A stretch of 64,000 nucleotides of DNA from Octopus vulgaris (Eukaryota), in NCBI GenBank assembly GCA_951406725.2, contig OX597826.1, positions 64,418,001-64,482,000 of the forward strand. The letters are read 5' to 3'. Below are positions 26,409 through 37,249 of the stretch, piece after piece (position 1 is the stretch's first letter; each line of letters begins with the position of its first letter). Both the position numbers and the translations under genes were made by a program. Under the pieces are notes generated by a model that was given only the letters and a program-made list of their open reading frames with translations, did no database searches and was not told where the DNA came from.

Positions 26409-27242
26409 ATGGAGCAGGAACAAAAAGAATGTGGAGCATCGTACTTCGATAGAAGTTACACACAAGCTTCTGTCAATGTCATGAGTAGCCCCCCCTGGAC
26501 TGGTGATACCCTGATGTGGTTAACGCAACTAGAGGCAGCTTTCAGAACCAACAGAGTAGTGAACGAAGAACAGAAGTACGACATCATGCTTAGTAACTTG
26601 CCGCCACCGCTAGGCAATGAAATCAGGGATCTGTTACTGAACCCTATGGAACCGGTGACGTATTCTTCGATTAAGGAAGAAATATTGAAGCGCACGTCTA
26701 CTTCCAAGCAAAAGGAATTCGCGAAATTGTTTAACGGTGAAGAGCTGGGTAATAGAAAACCCACGCAACTGTTAAGGAGAATGAATGAGCTGCTGGGGAA
26801 CCAGCAAATAGAGGAATCGTACCTCAAAGAGGTATTTTTCAACAAACTGCCGCATAAAACACAAACCTTGCTCTCGGCAGTAAAAAACCAGAACTCAATC
26901 CAACAGTTGGCGGACCTAGCGGACGGTATTTTGGAGTTATCGTCCAAGGAGACTATTAGTGCAATTCCTTCAATTTCAAGTGAGATTCAAGAATTGAAGA
27001 AATGTTACGAGCTACAGTTCGAAGCTTTGACAAAAAAAATTGAGAGTTTACAACTGGAGAGGAACAACCGAGCCGATCGGAGAAATAACACAAAGTGGCG
27101 TAGGAGATCGAAGAGCCCTAGCGTGAACAGAAACGCCATATGCTGGTATCACGCAAAATTCGGAGAGAATTCCTTTAAGTGCATCAAACCCTGTGCGTTC
27201 GATTTCCTCGCTAAAAAAAAAGGAAATTCGGGAAACTTCTAA
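26409..27242 (+). CDS. gag: Gag polyprotein (277 aa) with C-terminal CX2HX9CX3C motif
   Basis: WLTQLEAAF...KY, LGNRKPTQLLRRM and CWYHAKFGENSFKCIKPC motifs typical of invertebrate/fish Gypsy Gag. Located directly after the PBS. Confidence 0.9.
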   Translation: MEQEQKECGASYFDRSYTQASVNVMSSPPWTGDTLMWLTQLEAAFRTNRVVNEEQKYDIMLSNLPPPLGNEIRDLLLNPMEPVTYSSIKEEILKRTSTSKQKEFAKLFNGEELGNRKPTQLLRRMNELLGNQQIEESYLKEVFFNKLPHKTQTLLSAVKNQNSIQQLADLADGILELSSKETISAIPSISSEIQELKKCYELQFEALTKKIESLQLERNNRADRRNNTKWRRRSKSPSVNRNAICWYHAKFGENSFKCIKPCAFDFLAKKKGNSGNF

Positions 27243-27294
27243 ACCATAGATTGGATGCGACGAAGTCTGTGGATAGCATTGTAAAAAGTCGCGT
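27230..27294 (+). promoter_or_regulatory. -1 programmed ribosomal frameshift signal (G GGA AAC + pseudoknot)
   Basis: The heptamer is in gag phase and the -1 frame is continuous with the protease ORF. After a 7-nt spacer come stem 27244-27252/27264-27272 and loop pairing 27255-27261/27288-27294. Confidence 0.8.
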
Positions 27295-27930
27295 GTTTTT
27301 CGTATACGACTTAAAATCAAAAGAAAAATTTCTCGTGGATACAGGAGCAGCGTGTTCGATATGGCCGGTAAGGCTCTTAAAACAGAAGACGAAACCCGTG
27401 TATATGACTCTTCAAGCGGTGAATCAGTCTGAAATTCAAACGTTTGGAGAGATCAGCTTAACGCTCGACGTAAATTTGCGAAGAGAATACAAATGGGTAT
27501 TCATAGTAGCAGATTTACCATATCCAATATTAGGAGCGGATTTTTTGGCGCACTACCATTTAATGGTAGATGTGAACAAACAAAAGTTAATAGATACACA
27601 AACTTCCCTAAAAATTCAGGGAATGAGATGCAGAAGAACAACAATCAGTCCACTATATTTCATAGCGTCCACAGAAAATAAGTACCACAAAATTTTGGAA
27701 AACTATCCACAAATAACGAAGCAGTTAGCTCTGAATACCACGTGTACGCATTCGGTGACACATCACATCATCACACAAGGACCACCGAGTTTTTCTAAGC
27801 CGAGGAGATTATCGCCGGAGAAATTGAAGGTGGCTAAGGCGGAGTTTCGCCATATGATGGACCTGGGTATAATCCGTCCTTCTAGTAGTAGCTGGTCAAC
27901 ACCATTAGTAATGGTAAAGAAAACCTCATC
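27230..27930 (+). CDS. pol: Pol N-terminal part: aspartic protease and start of RT
   Basis: FLVDTGA catalytic motif, ILGADFL, and [20 protein letters not shown] (RT domain 1). Confidence 0.92.
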
Positions 27931-30423
27931 GACTGGCGACCTTGTGGTGATTTTAGACAACTGAATGCGAAAACAAAGCCTGACAAATATCCAATACCCC
28001 ACATAATGGATTTTGCGACTTCTTTGAGTGGTTGTACCATTTTTTCAAAGATAGATTTAGTCAGGGCGTACAACCAAATTCCTGTGGCAGAAAACGATAT
28101 ACCAAAGACAGCCATTACCACCCCATTTGGTTTGTTTGAATTTCTTCGCATGCCCTTCGGATTGAGGAATGCGGCAAATACTTTTCAAAGGTTTATGGAT
28201 GAAGTGACACGAAATTTACCTTTCGTGTTTGCTTATATAGACGATATTCTCATCGCTAGTCCATCGGAAGAAACGCATGAAGAGCATTTAAAAGAAATCT
28301 TCGAACGATTAACAAAATTTGGAATTGTGATAAACCCATCGAAATGTGTTTTTGGTGAAACGACCATATCCTTTTTGGGTCATCTTATCGATAAAGATGG
28401 AATTCGCCCATTACCAGAGAAAGTGGAAGCAATAAAAAACTTCCCAGTACCAAATAATTTAAAGAAACTCAGAGGATTTTTAGGGATCGTCAATTTTTAC
28501 AGAAAGTTCATTCCTAAAGTTACGGAAACCCTATATCCCTTAACTGAGCTATTGAAAAATAGAAAGAAAAAAAATGAAGCCATAACCTTACAAGAAAAGG
28601 AATTACAAGCTTTTAAAGAAATCAAAGAGAAACTGTGTAAAGCAACGCTTTTAAACCACCAGGTCCTTGAAGCAAAATTATCATTGATGGTTGATGCTTC
28701 CGATGTGGGGATCGGTGGGGTTCTACAGCAATTTCATTGTAATTCCTGGCAACCATTGGCATTTTTTTCAAAAAAATTCAAGGCACCAGAAACTAAATAC
28801 AGTGTGTTCGGCAGAGAATTGTTGGCAGCTTATTTGTCAATCAAACATTTCAGACATCTTCTTGAAGGTAGGTCATTTACTTTATTCACTGACCATAAAC
28901 CGTTAACATATGCATTGAAAAATTCTTCGGAAAAATATTCTCCTAGAGAAATTAGACACCTTGATTTTATTTCACAGTTTACTGCGGATATACGTTTTAT
29001 CAAGGGGGAAAAAAATATAGCAGCAGATGCACTTTCTCGAATGAATGTAGACGCATTGAGCTCATTAAGCACAATAAATTTGGAAGAGATGTCTAAAGAT
29101 CAAGTTGCAGATAAAGAGTTTTCTTCATATAAAAATTCCGATTCAACTGCTTTAAAATTTAAAATGTTGCCGATACATTCATGTAATTCACATATTTGGT
29201 GTGATATTTCTACAGGGTTTTCAAGACCATTTGTGCCTGAAAAGCATAGAAAAAATGTTTTTTCTAGCTTGCATAATTTATCTCATCCAGGTATAGAAGC
29301 TTCGTTGAAGTTAATATCAAACCGTTTTGTTTGGCCGGGTATGAATAAGGATATTCGTTCATGGGTCAAAGCATGTGTGCAATGTCAGAAATCTAAAGTA
29401 CAGCGGCACATCAAGGCACCATTAGGCACATTTGCAAATCCGGATGCGAGATTCCAACATATCCACATCGATATAGTAGGACCCTTGCCTCCGTGCGAGG
29501 ATAATATGTATTTGTTGACGTGTGTGGACCGTTTTTCCAGATGGCCCGAAGCTTATACGATAAAGGATGTATCTGCAGTGACTGTAGCAAAAACTTTGTT
29601 TACCAATTGGATGTCTAGATTCGGCATCCCAAATACAGTGACAACAGATCGTGGTAGACAATTTGAGTCTAGCTTATTTGCAGAATTCAATAAATTGTTG
29701 GGAATTAGTAGAATTCGTACAACTTCATATCACCCACAATCTAACGGAATGGTAGAAAGGTTCCATAGACAGTTGAAAGCTTCATTAAGAACTTATTCTA
29801 ATTCTAACGATTGGCTAGAGGCTCTGCCAGTGGTATTGTTGGGAATTAGAAGTGCGGTTAAAGAAACTATACAGTATTCTCCAGCTGAACTTTTGTACGG
29901 AACAACGTTAACTTTACCTGCTCAAATGTTCGAAGAAACTAATTTTTTCAACGGAGATGTTAATGACTATGTAACTCGTCTAAAAAGATTTCTTACGGAT
30001 ATTCCTTCTGGTACAAGAAAATTGCAAAATGTTAAAAGTTTTCTTCCTTCGGATATAAAATCTTGGACACATGTGTATGTCCGCAACGATGCAGCTCATA
30101 ATTCGCTGAAATATAAATACACCGGACCTTTTAAAGTCTTATCAGTTACAGACAAAACTATGACTTTGGAGATGAATGGGAAGAAAGAAATTGTCAGTGT
30201 TGACAGAGTAAAAAAAGCTTATTTCGACCATTATCCATGTCATGAAACCAGAGATATGAGCAACACACATCAACACAACGTGAAACAAAAAAATCATATA
30301 GAAAACAACAAATCCGATGTTGAGGGAAAAGCGAAATCAATTCTAAAACCACCTACGAATGTAAAAAAAACTATAAGTGGTAGAACTGTACACTTCCCCA
30401 AAAAATTTTTTCAGTTTGTTTGA
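27931..30423 (+). CDS. pol: Pol C-terminal part: reverse transcriptase, RNase H, integrase
   Basis: [24 protein letters not shown] (RT); VDASD, RELLA, TDHKPL (RNase H); HHCC zinc finger, [29 protein letters not shown] (integrase). Confidence 0.95.
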   Translation, partial: DWRPCGDFRQLNAKTKPDKYPIPHIMDFATSLSGCTIFSKIDLVRAYNQIPVAENDIPKTAITTPFGLFEFLRMPFGLRNAANTFQRFMDEVTRNLPFVFAYIDDILIASPSEETHEEHLKEIFERLTKFGIVINPSKCVFGETTISFLGHLIDKDGIRPLPEKVEAIKNFPVPNNLKKLRGFLGIVNFYRKFIPKVTETLYPLTELLKNRKKKNEAITLQEKELQAFKEIKEKLCKATLLNHQVLEAKLSLMVDASDVGIGGVLQQFHCNSWQPLAFFSKKFKAPETKYSVFGRELLAAYLSIKHFRHLLEGRSFTLFTDHKPLTYALKNSSEKYSPREIRHLDFISQFTADIRFIKGEKNIAADALSRMNVDALSSLSTINLEEMSKDQVADKEFSSYKNSDSTALKFKMLPIHSCNSHIWCDISTGFSRPFVPEKHRKNVFSSLHNLSHPGIEASLKLISNRFVWPGMNKDIRSWVKACVQCQKSKVQRHIKAPLGTFANPDARFQHIHIDIVGPLPPCEDNMYLLTCVDRFSRWPEAYTIKDVSAVTVAKTLFTNWMSRFGIPNTVTTDRGRQFESSLFAEFNKLLGISRIRTTSYHPQSNGMVERFHRQLKASLRTYSNSNDWLEALPVVLLGIRSAVKETIQYSPAELLYGTTLTLPAQMFEETNFFNGDVNDYVTRLKRFLTDIPSGTRKLQNVKSFLPSDIKSWTHVYVRNDAAHNSLKYKYTGPFKVLSVTDKTMTLEMNGKKEIVSVDRVKKAYFDHYPCHETRDMSNTHQHNVKQKNHIENNKSDVEGKAKSILKPPTNVKKTISGRTVHFPKKFFQFV

Positions 30424-30648
30424 GGATATATATATATAAAAAAAAAAAAAAAGACATTTGATTTATATTCATGGATTATTTCACAACAAAAAGAAAAAAA
30501 AAACATTATTTTTTTTTGCAGTGAAATGTGAACGGAAAGACTAAATTCATGTTTTAACCTTGTAAATGCATTTGTGTATATATATATATAAAAAAAGAAA
30601 ATACATATGTATAGCTAATTTCGTTCGCAAAATTGTAACAATTTTTCT

Positions 30649-30661
30649 GGTGAGAGGCTGA
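30649..30661 (+). other. Polypurine tract
   Basis: GGTGAGAGGCTGA immediately precedes the 3' LTR TG. Confidence 0.6.
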
Positions 30662-31476
30662 TGTAGCGTGGCAGTTCAGCAAGGGTGAAAAATGACTATA
30701 GCGATTGCTAATATCTTCACTGGGTGAAAGGCGAGGCAGGAATGATCTCGTTTGAGGTTACAACCATCTTGGTCAACCTTTTCTTGTGCTAAACACTAAT
30801 TTGATTGGCTGACAGGACACGAGTGGTCTCTACGTGTTTCGCGCCACTGGGTAACATGTGACACGAGGTTCCCTCCTAAGTCCGCCACTGATTGGCACGT
30901 GACGCGAATTGTCTCGACTTATTTTCGCGCCATAATTGCGAATCAGCCAATCAAGACTTTCGGTTAAAATTCCATTTTCTGGGGTTCGGTGAGCCAACCG
31001 AACAGTATAAAAGCAGGATTTCACAGGCACTTGGGTCTTGGTTTCCAGTTCTTTTAAGAGCTAACTTAGACCTCTGCTGCTCAACTAGAGATATGCGATT
31101 GTCTCTGCTACTGCCGTTGCTACACTAATCTATACAACTACTGAAAGCCTCTCAAGTAGATTCCAGCATCTTGCCCTATGAACAGTAAACTAAATGCCAT
31201 GGTTAATGCTATGTTCAGTGCCTTTGGGTATGCTTCACGCCACCCGAACACACCGACACAAAACGGGCTTACGCTTACGAACTCTTAGAATCCACATGAT
31301 TGTAAAATATGTAAAATAAATAATATTTATCTACCAACAGAAGACTTGTATCCATTCACTTATGTCCTATCGTCGTTATATGTATTTTATGGCTTTTGAA
31401 TAATTCGTTGAGAATAGAACCGCGTGCAATCGTATTTTCCTAAACGATACGACCAAGCGTGATCCTATTTCTTACA
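30662..31476 (+). repeat. 3' LTR
   Basis: Matches the 5' LTR and is followed by the GAAA TSD. Confidence 0.97.
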
Positions 31477-32299
31477 GAAACAATACCGTCAGTTTTTAGT
31501 ATAGAAATACGAAGCTACACTTGCAATTTATTGTAGTAATAAAGATTGTTATCGGGTTTCGTGTGGGTGGGTATTAAAAATAAAGTACTCGTCAAGAACT
31601 GGGTCGATTTCACCATCTGTTTGCTTTCTATCTCAACCGAGTTGAGGACCTCTCACCCCGACGGTGGATTTGTGCTAAACTTAAAAACGATTATTAATAT
31701 TTATAAACACGCAAATCTTTTAATGTCCTCTATTTCAGGTATGCACAAACTAGCATAAAAAATTTTTCACATAAAGTGAAGGTAACAAGATACAATAAAA
31801 ATTTACCTATGTTACATTCTGCTTAAGATATGGGTGTGCATTATTAGACAGTCGTCTTAAGATCTTGTATGTTAGCACCCACTTTACTGAAGTGTCAGTC
31901 AGTAACTGTCGGAGGAGGCAACAACAACAACGGGACAGTAATAGCAACTTACAGGTTCGGTGTTATTTTATTTATCTGTCATTTGGGTGAGAAGCATTAG
32001 CAATCAGAAAAGCAGGTATTTTTTTCTCTCGCTTGACGGTGTTAGTGTAAATAGAGAAAAAAAGAACGTCAATAAGACAAGAAGGAAAGAGACAGGAAAT
32101 GAAAAGAGAAGGTAAGGTGAAAGAGAAAGACAGGAAGAGAAGAAGCCAGACTTTAGTTATGGGTTTGAGATTACTGGTCACTAGACAAGCCTCTGTCTGT
32201 GCGCGGAAGTGTGTGAGTGTAGAAACTCCGGAGCTTAAGGTACAATGAGAAAATGAGTTGGCTGATTTCCTTTCTGCCTACAAAAATGTGTATTATTGA

Positions 32300-32481
32300 C
32301 AGAGAGTACTAAAGTGTAATTATGCAAGAAAAAGAGAGTACTAAAGTGTAATTATGCAAGAAAAAGAGAGTACTAAAATGTAATTATGCAGGAGAAAGAG
32401 AGAGAGTACTAAAATGTAATTATGCCGACCAAAGCCTTGTGGGTGGATTTGGTAGACGGAAACTGAAAGAAGCCCGCCGTA

Positions 32482-32525
<44 letters not shown>

Positions 32526-32840
32526 TGTGTGTCTGTGTTTGTCCCCCTAGCATCGCTTGACAACCGATGCTGGTGTGTTTGCGTCCCCGTCACTTAGCGG
32601 TTCGGCAAAAGAGACCGATAGAATAAGTACTGGGCTTACAAAAGAATAAGTCCCGGGGTCGAGTTGTTCGATTAAAGGCGGTGCTCCAGCATGGCCGCAG
32701 TCAAATGATTGAAACAAGTAAAAGAGTAAAGAGTATGCGAGAAAGAGAGAGTACTAAAATGTAATTATGCGAGAAAGAGAGAGTATTAAAGCGTAATCAT
32801 GCGAGAGACAGAGTACTAAAGTGTAATTATGAGAGAGTGA
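32300..32840. repeat. ~32-bp minisatellite (AGAGAGTACTAAAGTGTAATTATGC...) split by a truncated CORE-like SINE (about 32425-32735)
   Basis: Four units on the left and three on the right of the SINE. Confidence 0.8.
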
Positions 32841-33349
32841 GAGAGAGAGAGAAAAAGAGACGGGATGGTCACGGTTGGAACATTTTCGTTTTTAAAAAGA
32901 CGGAAATTTGGAAACACAATAGGCATAGTGTCTCAAACTGACAACATTCAACGTTACAAAACAGTGGTTAAACCCCTTTTAAAAAGCAGAAATATATTTT
33001 TAAAATTATAAAAATTTCAATTTTATCAACATATTCGTAATCATTAACCCAAACACTAACCTTATGTGAGCACAAGTGCATGTCTATGAATGTATATGTG
33101 TGCACGTGAACGTATGCATGTGAGAAGGCACACATATACGTTAATGAACGGTTTCATGCGAGAAAACCTTGCAGTTGTTGATGTACCTCAATTGCCTTCA
33201 CAGTGTTTACTGTTTTACAAAATTATATTAGAAAATTGGACAAAACAGAACACAACTGAAAAAAATCAAAAAAAGAAAAGAGTGAAAAAAAAAGGAGAAA
33301 AACCCAAAACAATTCACCATCTTGGGTTGAAAAGTTGGGGGCGCTGGGA

Positions 33350-33860
33350 AACCTCTCTAATGGCTATTGACGCACGCCAGCACGCTTGTAGCGTTGTCGC
33401 GGGTGATGGCGAGGCTGATGTTCTGGAACAGCCAAGCGCCCTCACGAACCTCACCAGTTACCTCTGCAAGGCGAGTTGCCGGTGAAGACAGGAATCTCGC
33501 AGTTAGTGGTCCAACCCCACCAAACGTCTCAAACGCCACAGGATGGAAAATGTAGTTGGCTGACTGATTGTGGTATTTCAGGATTTTGTTCCGTTCGGCC
33601 GCAGAAGTTGTGGATCTCGTCCTGACCGCAGCATCAAGGATGTGAGAAGAAGCAAAGGAGTCGCTAATTATGACATCCCAAACAAGGCATCTGCCTTGCT
33701 ACCAGGGGCACAGGGTAAGGACGTCAAGTCTCTTCCCATCACATCTGGACAATCCAGATGGTTCCAAGATGGAGGGGATGTTTGCCCGGGCCAAGCTCCT
33801 CTATTGGAACTTCTCCGAGAATCCATTGTTTCATAATGCGTCATAGTACGGTGCGGAATT
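33350..33860 (-). pseudogene. CRE-like non-LTR retrotransposon C-terminal (restriction-like endonuclease) remnant
   Basis: Minus strand reads [20 protein letters not shown] and YIFHPVAFETFGGVG...WLFQNISLAITRDNATSVL, matching the RPD..W..D / ETLG / QRGNA pattern. Confidence 0.65.
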
Positions 33861-33948
33861 TCGAAACGCTGACTGTTCGGATATCGGTGTTGTGATTTGT
33901 AAGACCATTCTTTGGAAGAAAATTATAAGTTTTCCTGAGTACATCGAG

Positions 33949-34110
33949 TTAATGTCCGTTCATATTACGCGTGACTATAAGACCGTCATCCCTATATAAT
34001 CTTGCATCTATAAAAGGAAATTGTAGATGCAAGTTGGGCAGAATGTAAGTTCCTATTAGCATGCATAGTTCTGCTCTGTCATACGCACCCATTGGCACAT
34101 CGAATAAAGA
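33949..34110 (-). pseudogene. Penelope-like reverse transcriptase fragment
   Basis: FDVPMGAYDRAELCMLIGTYIL...LYRDDGL (RT motifs 4-5). Confidence 0.6.
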
Positions 34111-34784
34111 ATCCTCACTCTTTGACCCAGGTGGAATTGTCGAGAAAAAAGTAGAGATTTCCTGGCATGCAGGAGTAGCAGCCAAACCATCGTTAAATCG
34201 ACCCTGTCATTGTAAAAAAGGAAGGGTACTTAAGATAACGTAGTCTTTGATAACCCTAAAATTATGACTGGACTGCTGATCTAGGATTCAAAAAATTACT
34301 GCTTGCTGTCACTCATCGCTTTGGCATGACTTAATAAGCTTTCTCCATACTGGTCGGATTTTCGCTTGAATTATGGTCAATTCCTTTTCGCAGAATAATT
34401 GAATATCTGTGTTTTCTGTTCTCCTTGCATAGTTGGGATAAAGGAGTTATCTGGGAAGTAGTTGTAGGAGTAGTAGTAGTTCTTCTTCTTCTTATTATTA
34501 TTCCAATCAGGGCTCACGCCATTAGCCACAAAGAATAATCTCTAATTCGAGCCTACTCTAAGCTACTAAGAGTGCGTGTGGCAACTTGAGGATCTACCCA
34601 CCACACGCAATAGACTGGCGGTTGCACGGGCGCGAAAGTTACGTTGTTATCCTCATTTCGTAAACGGTGGTTTTAACGGGTGGCGAGCTGAACCATCCTG
34701 GTGTACAGAGGATTCGCAATCTAGACTAGGGTCTGAAAGTTTATCACACCATAGTGGGTTACACCATCGTTCCTATGCTTTCTG

Positions 34785-34966
34785 ACAGAAGTAGGAAGAA
34801 AGAGTGAGAGAAAGTTGCAGTGAAAGAGTACAGCGGGGTTCACCACCCCCACCTCGCCGGAGCCTCGCGGAACTTAGGTGTTTTGCTCAAATAACACTGG
34901 GAATCAAACCCGCGTTCTTACGACTGCGAGTCCGTTGCCCTAACCACTGGGCCATTGCGCCTCCAC
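34785..34966 (-). mobile_element. tRNA-derived SINE (second family)
   Basis: TGGCCCAGTGGTTAGGG head. Related plus-strand copy at 44292-44505. Confidence 0.65.
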
Positions 34967-34999
34967 TAAGTCTGTTGCTGTTCATCCCGTCCACTTATC

Positions 35000-35400
35000 T
35001 ATCAATGAGGATTTCCATCATGGGAGGCAGACCAGCACACCAAACGGTTTTTCATTCGTAATCTTGTGAAACTGATATTCATAATCTGTTGGAGTTGTCT
35101 CATCATATATGCATGTAAGTTGTCATCACGAGCTTACAAACTATTCAGGTTTCAGCTCCATATAGCAGGGAAAAAGCATTCTAGCCTGGCATGCCTTTCA
35201 AATGACCCTTAAAGAAACATGCCAATTTTTCCAAAGCCCTTTCTGTAGCATGCCAAATGAAGCGCTAGCTCTGTTCTTTCTTGTGATTTCCTAGTCCAGT
35301 CGCGCATTATCCGAGATGGTACTGCCTAGGTATTTGAATGTTTTGCACTAGGCCAGCTCTTCATTTCAAATAGTGGCTACAACGAGGTGAATGTAGAAGT
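35000..35400 (-). pseudogene. RTE-type LINE RT/C-terminal remnant
   Basis: Minus strand reads TFKYLGSTISDNARLD*EIT..RASASFGML...LLYGAET*. Confidence 0.65.
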
Positions 35401-36130
35401 TTGGCTTCATAATTTGTCTTTAAACCATTTGAGAGGACAATAAAGAGAGACGACTTAAGATGTAGACGACAGGAAAGACGAAGATTGAATTACTGAAATA
35501 TTTATATTTGTCGTTCGTAGGCAGCAGACCTTTGGATGATATAAGTTAACTCTTAAGTCCTATTCTTCGTCTGCAAAACAGCAACACGGAAATATGGCAG
35601 CTAGCTAACGAAGGCGGTCTCTGAGTGGTCGTTCGAACCGTTAGAAATAAGAGTCAAATTATTAGAAATAACAGCTGGTACATTGAGACTGACTTTAATT
35701 TAAATGTTATTAACGACAATCAACAAGTGGAAAGCACTTGGGCCTGCCTCAAGCGAAGAAATAAACGGTGCTGTGGTGCAATGTATCGTTCTTCTTGTAT
35801 TTTAGACGTTATGGTGTAGTTTAAGGAAGGTTCAACTGTTTCCTTCTAACTGGTCGAGAGACTACGTAAAGGCCGCGTGTGTACCAATTTCTATGGCAAC
35901 AGAGTTATACCATCGATGATTATTTCGTCTTGGTACATAGTAAATCTATGCTCGTGTATCATTGATTCATTCATAATTAATCATGAATAACACAATACGC
36001 TTAATTGTAAACCGTTTTACTCTTATCATGAATTGATGTGTGATAACACGGGTCAGCGATCGCCCCAGCGACTATCCACAATGCTCAGCTACACGGAGTG
36101 CCATAAACACGAAACAATATCTTTTGGGGT

Positions 36131-36960
36131 TTAACACTACTAGAAGGACCGAGTGCGTCAATTGACGCATCTTGAAATCTTAATTGCACACAATTCAAAA
36201 ACTATTGTAGATTTTGACATCATGGTGTTTGACTTTTCATAGTCTTATGATATTTATATACACTATAAAGTATGGTCTCTTTGCACTGTGAAAAAAACAT
36301 AAACCCCACCATGCTTGCACCTGATTTTGTTTATATATATTCTTGACAACGTTTCAGATATTCAGTAATTGCATAGCCTTTATAGCTCGCAAAACAAACC
36401 TGCAGTTTAGTCGGAACAATTCCGTCAGAACAGAATGGAATTACCAGAAGCAGTAGAACAGGTGAAACCAGCCCATGAAGCTGTGGTTTTGAAGTCCACA
36501 GAGAGGCCTACTATCACACATCGTACAAATGCAAAAAAAAACCCCAAAGTTTTGTTCTTTTGAGTACCTTACATCAACATGTAGATATACCTTCTGAAAA
36601 TAACTCCAAGAAGCCTGACACCATCCTTTTGTAGGCGTAGACGTGCTTGACCAAATGGTAAGGATTTATTCAGTCAAAGTAAGCAGTAGACGATGGCCAA
36701 ATGCACGCTTTTTTATAATAATTTAGATGTTGCTCTTATAAACAGGAGGGTAAAATACACAAGTTTTTGCAACTTGGTCATTAATCAACGGGAATATATC
36801 CAAAAAGTTGCTGTAGAACTTTGTGGTGGTTCACCTCCGGTCATTCATGTACAATCAAACGCTCAATTGAGGAAAAATCTACCTCTAAAGTCAGACGTAC
36901 ATGTGTGAAAACAAAATGCTGAAACAGAACCACAGTATGGAGTCTGTACACTGCAAGTGG
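36131..36960 (+). pseudogene. Decayed piggyBac transposon: left end plus transposase C-terminal half
   Basis: TTAA...TAGAAGGACCGAGTGCGTCAATTGACGCA end. Frameshifted DN...SLVGTI.RQNRMELP and KKPDTI...GVDVLDQMVRIYSVKVSSRRWP..FYNNLDVALIN, then a Cys-rich tail. Confidence 0.7.
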
Positions 36961-37249
36961 GTTATAGCCACATTTAAAAGTATCGTTTCTGTGTAGAAAA
37001 AAAAATTAGAATCGAAACATTTGGCCATGCTGAAGGAAACAATAAGTGAATATGACTACTCTGTAACATTGAGCTCTTATACACGTCATTGAAAGTGAGA
37101 TTTAAAAACGTAAGTGAAAGATTTAGGCTGCCCACGAGCGTGTGTCAGCGCATATTCGAGAAAGACATGACTATTAAACGGTATCAGATGCTTTTAATAA
37201 AATTTTCTTTGTTACTTTTGTTTTTACTAACCCGCACACAAAACATTCT

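Larger units (their letters stand above)
25458..31476 (+). mobile_element. Full-length Ty3/Gypsy LTR retrotransposon (6019 bp)
   Basis: Two 815-bp direct LTRs 5204 bp apart, TGTA...TACA termini, GAAA TSD (25454-25457 and 31477-31480), PBS, PPT, gag, and domain order PR-RT-RH-IN. Confidence 0.98.

Noticed and set aside
26456-26947. 163-aa antisense ORF over gag, and other antisense ORFs over pol
   Set aside because: Shadow ORFs of the sense coding frame with no recognisable motifs.
30424-30648. env or extra ORF / chromodomain after integrase
   Set aside because: Only about 225 bp of A/T-run-rich UTR. The Pol C-terminus shows no chromodomain motif.
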